Shown here: one piece after another, positions 29,376 through 35,797 of the stretch
How the letters are laid out: each line of letters opens with the position of its first letter
How positions within the stretch are numbered: the stretch's first letter is position 1
Virus record (IMG/VR): IMGVR_UViG_3300027734_000034
Strand: one strand, 5' to 3'
Origin: a virus
Lineage: Duplodnaviria > Heunggongvirae > Uroviricota > Caudoviricetes
DNA length: 64,000 nt
Translations under genes and position numbers: made by a program
The notes under the pieces: model-generated
What the model saw: the letters and a program-made list of their open reading frames with translations, nothing else
Databases searched by the model: none
Told to the model about the DNA's origin: nothing

Positions 29376-29450
29376 ATTCCGTGAGGCAGCTGGCGTGGCC
29401 GATAGTCCTTCAAACTATTGAGATGGGATCAAAACCCATACGGAATACCA
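29376..29450 (+). tRNA. tRNA-Glu(TTC), atypical (C33, T-loop ATCAAAA)
   Basis: Stem ATAGT/ACTAT closes loop CCTTCAA; CCA. Confidence 0.65.
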
Positions 29451-29456
29451 ATCAAT

Positions 29457-29533
29457 GCGACCGTAACTCAGCTGGATAGAGTACTAGGCTACGAACTTAG
29501 GAGTCGGGAGTTCGAATCTCTCCGGTCGCACCA
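29457..29533 (+). tRNA. tRNA-Arg(ACG)
   Basis: Loop CTACGAA; CCA. Confidence 0.92.
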
Positions 29534-29537
29534 ATTT

Positions 29538-29611
29538 GCTCTTTTAGTATAAAGGTATTATAATACATTGGTAATGTATAGACGCTGGATCGTTACCAGC
29601 AAGGAGCACCA
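29538..29611 (+). tRNA. tRNA-Thr(GGT)
   Basis: Loop TTGGTAA; T-loop ATCGTTA; CCA. Confidence 0.82.
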
Positions 29612-29707
29612 TATAAGAACACACTGCTTGCCTGACTGCAAAAGTCGTGGTAAACTACAAGAGAAAGGGGTTCAAATCCCCGGGACTGGTAGTGTGTTTC
29701 TATATGG
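29609..29707 (+). ncRNA. Long-stem RNA, family B, with an internal T-arm-like hairpin
   Basis: CCATATAAGAACACACT...AGTGTGTTTCTATATGG; GGGGTTCAAATCCCC inside. Confidence 0.5.
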
Positions 29708-29781
29708 TAATATAGCATAGTGGCTAATGCAACTGCTTCATACGCAGTCTATCGTTGGTTCGAGTCCAACTATTACCACCA
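29706..29781 (+). tRNA. tRNA-Met/Ile2(CAT)
   Basis: Loop TTCATAC; CCA. Confidence 0.85.
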
Positions 29782-29790
29782 AACAATTTT

Positions 29791-29866
29791 GCCTCTATAA
29801 CTCAGTTGGTAGAGTATCGTGTTGATAACGCGGAAGTCCTTGGTTCAAGTCCAAGTGGAGGCACCA
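29791..29866 (+). tRNA. tRNA-Ile(GAT)
   Basis: Loop TTGATAA; CCA. Confidence 0.9.
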
Positions 29867-29872
29867 AAATTT

Positions 29873-29946
29873 GGGCTGCTAGTATAATGGGATTACACTG
29901 GCCTTGCAAGTCAGTTATTGGGGTTCGATTCCCCAGCGGTCCACCA
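29873..29946 (+). tRNA. tRNA-Ala(TGC)
   Basis: Loop CTTGCAA; G3-U70; CCA. Confidence 0.88.
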
Positions 29947-29955
29947 AGTTTTTAT

Positions 29956-30064
29956 GGGTTGTCAAGGTTGGTCTCATGCACGGTGAATAGCCGTAGGAGC
30001 ATTATCGAGTGTGCGCCACCGCACTCTTGGTCTGACAAGGGTTCAAGTCCCTTACAATCCACCA
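29956..30064 (+). ncRNA. tRNA-like RNA with Ala-type acceptor (G3-U70), T arm and CCA but no D or anticodon arm
   Basis: GGGTTGT/ACAATCC-ACCA; AAGGG-TTCAAGT-CCCTT. Confidence 0.65.
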
Positions 30065-30072
30065 AGTTTTAT

Positions 30073-30151
30073 CTGTGTGTGAGAAAGTCCGGTCTAATCT
30101 ACTCGCCTTGGAAGTGAGAAATCGTAGGTTCAAATCCTACCGCACAGACCA
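30073..30151 (+). tRNA. tRNA-Pro(TGG)
   Basis: Loop CTTGGAA; CCA. Confidence 0.85.
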
Positions 30152-30160
30152 ATTATTTAC

Positions 30161-30237
30161 GGTGACCATAGTGTAAAGGTTTAGCACCTCGCTCTGTGAA
30201 AGCGATAGAATGGGATCGTTCCCCATTGGTTACCCCA
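30161..30237 (+). tRNA. tRNA-His(GTG)
   Basis: Loop CTGTGAA; G-1/C73; CCA. Confidence 0.87.
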
Positions 30238-30242
30238 ATCAT

Positions 30243-30319
30243 GCCCTGGTAGCGCAATTGGTAGAGGCAATGGTCTAAGAAGCCATCAAGTGCGAGTTCG
30301 AATCTCGCCTAGGGCACCA
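30243..30319 (+). tRNA. tRNA-Leu(AAG), A34 anticodon, short variable arm
   Basis: Stem ATGGT/GCCAT, loop CTAAGAA; CCA. Confidence 0.82.
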
Positions 30320-30330
30320 AACAAATTTAC

Positions 30331-30409
30331 GCCCCGCTGGACAAATCTGGCAAAGTCGCTTCTCTCAAAAGGAAGAGTTCTCTCGGTTCGACTCCGAGGC
30401 GGGGTACCA
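30331..30409 (+). tRNA. tRNA-Leu(CAA), short variable arm
   Basis: Stem CTTCT/GGAAG, loop CTCAAAA; CCA. Confidence 0.82.
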
Positions 30410-30414
30410 ATTAT

Positions 30415-30506
30415 GGAGAGTAATGCAGGTGGGATGGTCCGCCGACGAGCCTTGAAAACTCGGTTCTCAGAAATGGGATGGGGTTCGACTCCTCTGCTCT
30501 CCGCCA
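30415..30506 (+). tRNA. tRNA-Ser(TGA), atypical D arm
   Basis: Loop CTTGAAA; long variable arm; GCCA. Confidence 0.82.
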
Positions 30507-30508
30507 AA

Positions 30509-30660
30509 TTTCAAGCTAGACGATAAGATCGAGTCCCAAATAATCTAGCACAGTCGGGGTTGGCTGTGTGACACCGCACACGATTATGAGGTAGTCTAAA
30601 CTCTTTTATGCGAGACAAACTAGTGAGGCTGTGTAACGACAGATAGCTAGCTGCTTGAAA
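30509..30660 (+). ncRNA. Unassigned structured RNA (about 150 nt)
   Basis: Terminal stem TTTCAAGC..TAG / CTAG..GCTTGAAA; GC-richer than its flanks; no credible ORF. Confidence 0.4.
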
Positions 30661-30666
30661 ACTTAT

Positions 30667-31314
30667 TCATGGTTTACGAAACCACCAGAAGCATCCTTGT
30701 ACAAATAGTTGTGCATTGTATGCTTTTGCTATGTTATCAACTAATTCAGGATTGACACCTGGAAGCCTTCTTCGTTTTTCTCTGATATCAGGTTGCTCAG
30801 AATCGTTTATCCATTCTTCAGATTTATAATCGTGGCCGCATACTATGCCACCACTGCGAACTTTTGTGCTCCAGTACATGGCATTATCTGCGCCACAATC
30901 ATCAAAGTATAAATCGCATTGAGTATTAGAAAATACATCAGTCATATTTTTGTTTTCATGTTGAAAATGAATACGGTGTAGGTCAATCTTATCTTTCATG
31001 TGTTTAGTATTATGCATGAACCAATCTTCAGTCGTTAATTCTTCTAGCGGGCGATCATGCCAGAATTCAGTAGAACCGTCTGGTAAAGTAGTATGTCCAT
31101 CTGATATAAAATCTTCTAATACAATGAAGGTTGCATCGGATCTTATTTTATTCATTAGTACTATACTACCGCCGATGAAACTACCTAGTTCAATAACTAC
31201 CGGATTAGGCGGTAATGTAGTCACTAAAGCACTAAGAGATAATTGTTCATTTGCGCTCATAGCACAAAATGGTACATGTAAGTTATCCCATGTGGCATTT
31301 TTAATGTATATCAT
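30667..31314 (-). CDS. Class I SAM-dependent methyltransferase (Methyltransf_24-like)
   Basis: VIELGSFIGGS ... GGIVCGHDY; start set just after the ATAAATA motif to avoid tRNA-Phe. Confidence 0.8.
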   Translation of the reverse strand: MIYIKNATWDNLHVPFCAMSANEQLSLSALVTTLPPNPVVIELGSFIGGSIVLMNKIRSDATFIVLEDFISDGHTTLPDGSTEFWHDRPLEELTTEDWFMHNTKHMKDKIDLHRIHFQHENKNMTDVFSNTQCDLYFDDCGADNAMYWSTKVRSGGIVCGHDYKSEEWINDSEQPDIREKRRRLPGVNPELVDNIAKAYNAQLFVQGCFWWFRKP

Positions 31315-31357
31315 AAATTTATTTATCGTGCAGCTTTGGCTGTGTGAAAACCTATAA

Positions 31358-31434
31358 GCCATAGTAGCTCCAATCGGTAGAGCAGCGGACTGAAAATTCG
31401 TGTGTTGCTGGTTCAAATCCAGCCTATGGCACCA
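31358..31434 (+). tRNA. tRNA-Phe(GAA)
   Basis: Loop CTGAAAA; CCA. Confidence 0.92.
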
Positions 31435-31441
31435 AGTATCT

Positions 31442-31516
31442 CTCGCTATAGTTCAACGGATAGAACGATTCTCTCCTAAAGAATAGATATAGGTTCAATT
31501 CCTATTGGTGAGACCA
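31442..31516 (+). tRNA. tRNA-Arg(CCT)
   Basis: Loop CTCCTAA; CCA. Confidence 0.88.
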
Positions 31517-31624
31517 ACATATACATAGTTTATGCACAATAAGTATATAGTTACTGTGTAATAAGACAAAAGTATTGACTGGACCTAAACAGACTAAATA
31601 TTAGTTTGTGAAAGGAACAAAAAT

Positions 31625-31864
31625 ATGGAAGCAATGAACAAAGGATTCGCCATCGCAGGCGGTTTTCTAAGTAGCGTTTTAGACTTAGGTGTAAAACTTT
31701 TAGCGGTAGGTGTTATTCTACAAATCATCTTCGGAGCAGCAGTACCATTCATCGGATTGGATATTCTTGCTAACGTGATTAAATTCATCACAGCACTTGG
31801 TAGCCAAGGCTTAGTTGGATTGGTTGCGATCGGAGTTTTAGGTTGGTCTTTCAACCGTAAGTAA
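31625..31864 (+). CDS. Small two-TM membrane protein
   Basis: AAGGAA RBS, CTAAATA motif upstream, hydrophobic, terminator downstream. Confidence 0.8.
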   Translation: MEAMNKGFAIAGGFLSSVLDLGVKLLAVGVILQIIFGAAVPFIGLDILANVIKFITALGSQGLVGLVAIGVLGWSFNRK

Positions 31865-31889
31865 AACTACGATAACACACTCTCACAAG

Positions 31890-31912
31890 AACCCGCTAGT
31901 CGGGTTTTTGTT
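31890..31912 (+). terminator. Intrinsic terminator
   Basis: AACCCG-CTAGT-CGGGTT plus T run. Confidence 0.65.
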
Positions 31913-31952
31913 TGGCTTGACAATAATTCAGTTATGTGTTATAGTTATGTAT

Positions 31953-32027
31953 GGGTCGTTAGTGCAATGGATAGCATACAAGTTTCCGATACTTGTGATG
32001 CAAGTTCGATTCTTGCACGACTTACCA
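31953..32027 (+). tRNA. tRNA-Arg(CCG)
   Basis: Loop TTCCGAT; CCA; promoter TTGACA-N17-TATAGT at 31917-31945. Confidence 0.85.
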
Positions 32028-32070
32028 AGAGTAAATAAGATTAGTGACAACAACAGAAAAGGAGTTTAGT

Positions 32071-32631
32071 ATGACTGTTCTAGCACTAGATATTTCAGGA
32101 GTTCCAAGACAATGGATCTCGCACGATGACGCGATCACATACCACGCAAAAGATGCGGTAGCATGGAGCATGGGTGAAGTTGTGGCTAAGTATCGTGGAG
32201 GTTTTCAAAACACCGGAGACCAAAGTTATATCGAAACTACCAGTATCATTGCTGTTAAAGGTCACGGATTCAACCCATACAAGCATGCCAATGTAGCATT
32301 GACTAACAGGACATTGTTTGGACGGGACCGACAGGTGTGTGCATACTGTGGTAAACATCACGGTAACTATCATCACTTAAGCAGGGACCATATTGTCCCT
32401 AAATTTTTAGGTGGTGAGAACACTTGGATGAATGTTGTTACTGCATGTAAAGAATGTAACAGTAAGAAAGGTCATAAGACATTGAAAGAAGCCCGCATGG
32501 AACTTCTGTATGCGCCTTATGTTCCTAATCATTACGAAAACATGATTTTACAACATCGTAACATCCTTGCTGACCAGATGGATTACTTGCTATCAGGTGT
32601 TCCAAAGCACAGTAGGATTCTACTAAACTAG
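32071..32631 (+). CDS. HNH endonuclease (McrA/HNH_5-like)
   Basis: RD..CAYCG...SRDHIVP...GG...W.NVVTAC..CN..KG. Confidence 0.9.
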   Translation: MTVLALDISGVPRQWISHDDAITYHAKDAVAWSMGEVVAKYRGGFQNTGDQSYIETTSIIAVKGHGFNPYKHANVALTNRTLFGRDRQVCAYCGKHHGNYHHLSRDHIVPKFLGGENTWMNVVTACKECNSKKGHKTLKEARMELLYAPYVPNHYENMILQHRNILADQMDYLLSGVPKHSRILLN

Positions 32632-32708
32632 GTTGACATAAAAATCAACCTAGTGTATAATTCATCTAAATAAACATAGTAGTGAGTAACATCACTACTA
32701 TTAAAATT

Positions 32709-32783
32709 GCCCGATTGGCTCAGGGGTAGAGCAACCGCCTTGTAAGCGGTAGGTCGTCTGTTCGAATCAGACATTGGGCACCA
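32709..32783 (+). tRNA. tRNA-Thr(TGT)
   Basis: Loop CTTGTAA; CCA. Confidence 0.92.
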
Positions 32784-32791
32784 ATTTTTAT

Positions 32792-32867
32792 TCCCCAGTA
32801 GCACAGCGGTAGTTGCAGTTGACTGTTAATCAACGTGTCGGTGGTTCGATCCCATCCTGGGGAGCCA
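32792..32867 (+). tRNA. tRNA-Asn(GTT)
   Basis: Loop CTGTTAA; GCCA. Confidence 0.93.
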
Positions 32868-32940
32868 AATATCTTTGTTAAGCATTCTGCTTGACAATAA
32901 ATCAATTATCCTCTATAATAGAGACTACTTAGAATTTAAT

Positions 32941-33015
32941 CTGGCGTTAGTTCAACGGATAGAACAGTAGCCTTCTAAGCTATAGATAGAGGTTCGATTC
33001 CTCTACGCCGGACCA
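32941..33015 (+). tRNA. tRNA-Arg(TCT)
   Basis: Loop CTTCTAA; CCA. Confidence 0.92.
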
Positions 33016-33050
33016 AATGATATAGTTGTAAAAATACAACAAGAAAGTAT

Positions 33051-33227
33051 TTGACAATAAATGGATGTGGTGTTATACTACATGCATAAGTTGAAAATCT
33101 GTTTAAAACACAGTATGACGTAGGTTGATGCTACCGTAAGGTAGACTGATACAGAGTAAAAGGCTAGTGGAAATCATACATTAAACTAGCTAAACAGGTT
33201 GACAATAAATGGTGCTTATGATATAAT
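33051..33227 (+). promoter_or_regulatory. Tandem sigma70 promoters (33051-33079 and 33199-33227)
   Basis: TTGACA-ATAAATGG...-TATACT and TTGACA-ATAAATGG...-TATAAT, both with a 17-nt spacer. Confidence 0.8.
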
Positions 33228-33331
33228 CATAGTATGAGTTGAGAAATCAACAGGTTGTTTCAAAAAGCGAGACACGCTAGCGATAGCAAAAAGTCAAGCA
33301 GGAAACATTAAATGAGCAGGTCTCAGCCAAA

Positions 33332-33343
33332 TGTTCTTTAAAA
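33332..33343 (+). promoter_or_regulatory. boxA-like antitermination element
   Basis: TGTTCTTTAAAA versus rrn boxA TGCTCTTTAACA; lies after the tandem promoters and before tRNAs. Confidence 0.6.
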
Positions 33344-33469
33344 TTTTATTTTCGTATAGACCCTGTTTAAGTTACAGGGATCTATATGTAAACATGCTTC
33401 AGCGGGATAGACCGTGATGGATAGTTCTGTTTCGTACAGTATCCGAAGTGTGTTTTCATATAGATATTT

Positions 33470-33545
33470 GCTCAGTTCGTCTAGAGGCCTAGGACAACGC
33501 CCTTTCACGGCGTGAACAGGGATTCGAATTCCCTACTGAGTACCA
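33470..33545 (+). tRNA. tRNA-Glu(TTC)
   Basis: Loop CTTTCAC; CCA. Confidence 0.92.
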
Positions 33546-33550
33546 AGTTC

Positions 33551-33634
33551 GGAGACATGGCAGAGTGGTTGATTGCAACAGACTGTAAATCTGTCCTTAA
33601 TTGCGCGGTGGTTCGAATCCATCTGTCTCCACCA
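33551..33634 (+). tRNA. tRNA-Tyr(GTA)
   Basis: Loop CTGTAAA; variable arm; CCA. Confidence 0.92.
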
Positions 33635-33641
33635 TATAATT

Positions 33642-33719
33642 GCTTCGTTAGCATAGCTGGCCTAATGCGCTACCCTGTCACGGTAGAGATCAGGGGTTCA
33701 AATCCCCTACGAGGCGCCA
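33642..33719 (+). tRNA. tRNA-Asp(GTC)
   Basis: Loop CTGTCAC; GCCA. Confidence 0.92.
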
Positions 33720-33726
33720 AATTTTT

Positions 33727-33797
33727 GCGCTGGATTGACATTGCGAGTTGGATTTGAAGCCAAACGCAGACAGGTTTGATTCCTGTCAGGTGCACCA
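33727..33797 (+). ncRNA. D-arm-less tRNA-like RNA or degenerate tRNA
   Basis: T arm ACAGG-TTTGATT-CCTGT, ACCA end, long TGCG..TTGG/CCAA..CGCA stem. Confidence 0.5.
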
Positions 33798-33800
33798 AGT

Positions 33801-33979
33801 TTTGTAAGTGTAGATGTTGAGAAAGCATGGTGTCGAAAGCCATGTGAGAGAATGGTACGAGTCCAACAAAATTGCAACGCTCAAGTATCAACTATTACTA
33901 CGTACCTCTATCCTGTCGGCCGCTTTAAAGAAAATACAGGTAGAATGGTAGCAATGAGTGAGGTGCTACTACTTACAAA
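33801..33979 (+). ncRNA. Unassigned structured RNA (about 180 nt)
   Basis: Terminal stem TTTGTAAGT-GTAG / CTAC-TACTTACAAA with internal hairpins. Confidence 0.45.
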
Positions 33980-33987
33980 TTAATCAT

Positions 33988-34061
33988 GCGGGGTTCGTAA
34001 AATGGCATTACCTTAGCCTTCCAAGCTAAAGTCAGGAGTTCGATTCTCCTACCCCGCTCCA
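33988..34061 (+). tRNA. tRNA-Gly(TCC)
   Basis: Loop CTTCCAA; TCCA. Confidence 0.92.
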
Positions 34062-34109
34062 TAATGTTTGACATATATCTATCAATGATATATAATAGTG
34101 AAATGAAAT

Positions 34110-34194
34110 GCGACTGTGATGAAATAGGTAGACATAGTAGACTTAAAATCTACCGCCGAAAGGTGTACCGGTTCGATTCCGGTCAGTCGTACCA
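34110..34194 (+). tRNA. tRNA-Leu(TAA)
   Basis: Loop CTTAAAA; variable arm; CCA. Confidence 0.92.
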
Positions 34195-34354
34195 TAATAT
34201 AGTGTATTCTTGTCAAAATGTTATAGGGATATAGCCTACCCTATATATAAAAGAAAGTGCTGCATATATAGATTACTTTGAATAATCTATGAACGAGGAT
34301 GCACCACAAGGTACGGTGTTATGACATACACTGGGAGTATACTATATTATGGTA
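34191..34354 (+). ncRNA. Long-stem element between tRNAs
   Basis: ACCATAATATAGTGTATTCTT / GGGAGTATACTATATTATGGT (about 20 bp). Confidence 0.45.
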
Positions 34355-34357
34355 ATT

Positions 34358-34434
34358 GCCTTCATAGCACAATTGGTTAGTGCAAACGACTCATAATCGT
34401 TAGGTTACTGGTTCGAGTCCAGTTGAAGGCACCA
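34358..34434 (+). tRNA. tRNA-Ile2/Met(CAT)
   Basis: Loop CTCATAA; CCA. Confidence 0.9.
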
Positions 34435-34495
34435 GATATTACGGAGAGTGACAGTTTATGCAACTGTAGCATAAATACATTCATAGGAGATTGAC

Positions 34496-34939
34496 ATGAA
34501 TGTAAATGAAAAAGGTACTGTAGGTCTGATTGAGGTTATCAGAGACCTAACAAAAAAAGGATATGAGTGTTTTACCCCAATTCACGACTATAGCAAAGTA
34601 GATTTGATTGCGATGGCTAATTCTTGGGAAACATTTAAGATTCAAGTAAAGTATCGGACTACTTTTAGGAATAGAATAGAAGTAGGTTTTAACTCAGTAG
34701 TCAATGGGAAAAAAGTCCCGATGGATTTGACTGCAATTGACGGGTGGGCAATTTATTGTCCCGAGTTAGATAAAGTCGTTTATGTTCACAAGAGTGAAGT
34801 AAACATAGAATTAGGTGGCTTTAGTTTTAGATTAGAGCCGGGAAAAAACACATTCAATACTAGCGACGGTAAGACTAGATTGAAATTGTTTGATGAATAC
34901 GGAGATGTGGCCGAGTGGTCTAAGGCAGCAGGTTGCTAA
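34496..34939 (+). CDS. PD-(D/E)XK endonuclease (group I intron-associated/PDDEXK_5-like), free-standing
   Basis: KG..G......L...GY....P.....DLI......KIQVKY; 3' end overlaps tRNA-Ser. Confidence 0.82.
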   Translation: MNVNEKGTVGLIEVIRDLTKKGYECFTPIHDYSKVDLIAMANSWETFKIQVKYRTTFRNRIEVGFNSVVNGKKVPMDLTAIDGWAIYCPELDKVVYVHKSEVNIELGGFSFRLEPGKNTFNTSDGKTRLKLFDEYGDVAEWSKAAGC

Positions 34940-34992
34940 CCTGTCGTGTCAAGTAATTGGCACCGTGAGTTCAAATCTCACCGTCTCCGCCA
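34901..34992 (+). tRNA. tRNA-Ser(GCT)
   Basis: Loop TTGCTAA; long variable arm; GCCA. Confidence 0.92.
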
Positions 34993-35014
34993 AAGATTTT
35001 TAACAAGGAAAAAT

Positions 35015-35176
35015 ATGAAACCAAACAAGACTTTTAAAATGAGTAAGTCATTCAAACGATTGACTAGGACACTACCATTCAATACTGGTGATCAACGACA
35101 TGCATTCAAGCGAATGATGATTGATGCTCAATTGATGGGTGGAGTACGCCCGGCTAGAGAAAAGTCAGAGAAATAA
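35015..35176 (+). CDS. Small basic hypothetical protein
   Basis: AAGGAA RBS; MKPNKTFKMSK...FKRMMIDAQL. Confidence 0.65.
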   Translation: MKPNKTFKMSKSFKRLTRTLPFNTGDQRHAFKRMMIDAQLMGGVRPAREKSEK

Positions 35177-35179
35177 TAT

Positions 35180-35257
35180 GTAGGGATGGCGGAGCGGCCC
35201 AACGCAACTGTCTGCAAAACAGTAACACCGCGAGTTCAAATCTCGCTCCCTACTCCA
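35180..35257 (+). tRNA. tRNA-Cys(GCA)
   Basis: Loop CTGCAAA; TCCA. Confidence 0.9.
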
Positions 35258-35265
35258 AGTAAAGG

Positions 35266-35385
35266 TTGACAACAAACCTAAATTGTTGTATAATAAATTT
35301 TTTAACGAAAGAGGTAATGACATGAAACGTTCAATGAAACGATAGTGTCATTCTTAAACCCCATGTATTGGTTTAGGGATGGCAC
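35266..35385 (+). promoter_or_regulatory. sigma70 promoter, mini-ORF MKRSMKR (35322-35345) and 16-bp hairpin
   Basis: TTGACA-N17-TATAAT; GAGGT RBS; GTGTCATTCTTAAACC/GGTTTAGGGATGGCAC. Confidence 0.55.
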
Positions 35386-35412
35386 ATTAAAGACAAATTT
35401 AATACTGCTTGT

Positions 35413-35487
35413 CCCTTCAAGATGTTACGGTAGCATAGCGGACTCTTAATCCGACAAGACTCAGTTCAATTCTGAGTGGAGGGACCA
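35413..35487 (+). tRNA. tRNA-Lys(CTT)
   Basis: Loop CTCTTAA; CCA. Confidence 0.82.
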
Positions 35488-35493
35488 ATATAT

Positions 35494-35569
35494 GGGGTTA
35501 TGGTGAAACGGTTATCACAGCAGACTTTTAATCTGCCAGTTCCGAGTTCGAATCTCGGTGGCCCTACCA
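35494..35569 (+). tRNA. tRNA-Lys(TTT)
   Basis: Loop CTTTTAA; CCA. Confidence 0.92.
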
Positions 35570-35682
35570 TATAAGAACACATTCAACGGCAAACAGGATA
35601 CCTGGCAACTGGACGCAGGGGCTATCCCAAAGATGTAGGGCACTACCACCGTAAAGTCAGGAAATGAGTGTGTTCCTATATG
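35568..35682 (+). ncRNA. Long-stem RNA, family B copy
   Basis: CATATAAGAACACATTCA...TGAGTGTGTTCCTATATG; ends nearly identical to 29609-29707. Confidence 0.5.
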
Positions 35683-35702
35683 ATGACTAAATAAAGAATA
35701 AT

Positions 35703-35792
35703 GGAAGATTGGTCGAGTGGTTTATGGCTCTAGTCTTGAAAACTAGCGAATCTTAAAAGGTTCCGTGAGTTCGAATCTCACATCTTCCTCCA
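35703..35792 (+). tRNA. tRNA-Ser(TGA)
   Basis: Loop CTTGAAA; variable arm; CCA. Confidence 0.92.
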
Positions 35793-35797
35793 AGTTA

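Noticed and set aside
29376-29450. Opal (TCA) suppressor or Sec tRNA, reading the loop as CTTCAAA
   Set aside because: The 5-bp stem ATAGT/ACTAT centres the loop on TTC. There is no long variable arm, and TGA ends many coupled genes normally. Not fully excluded.
29956-30064. Full tmRNA (ssrA)
   Set aside because: Only 109 nt, with no room for the tag ORF and pseudoknots; kept as a tRNA-like RNA.
31315-31416. N-terminal extension of the minus-strand methyltransferase
   Set aside because: It is antisense to tRNA-Phe; ATG 31314 following an ATAAATA motif is the better start.
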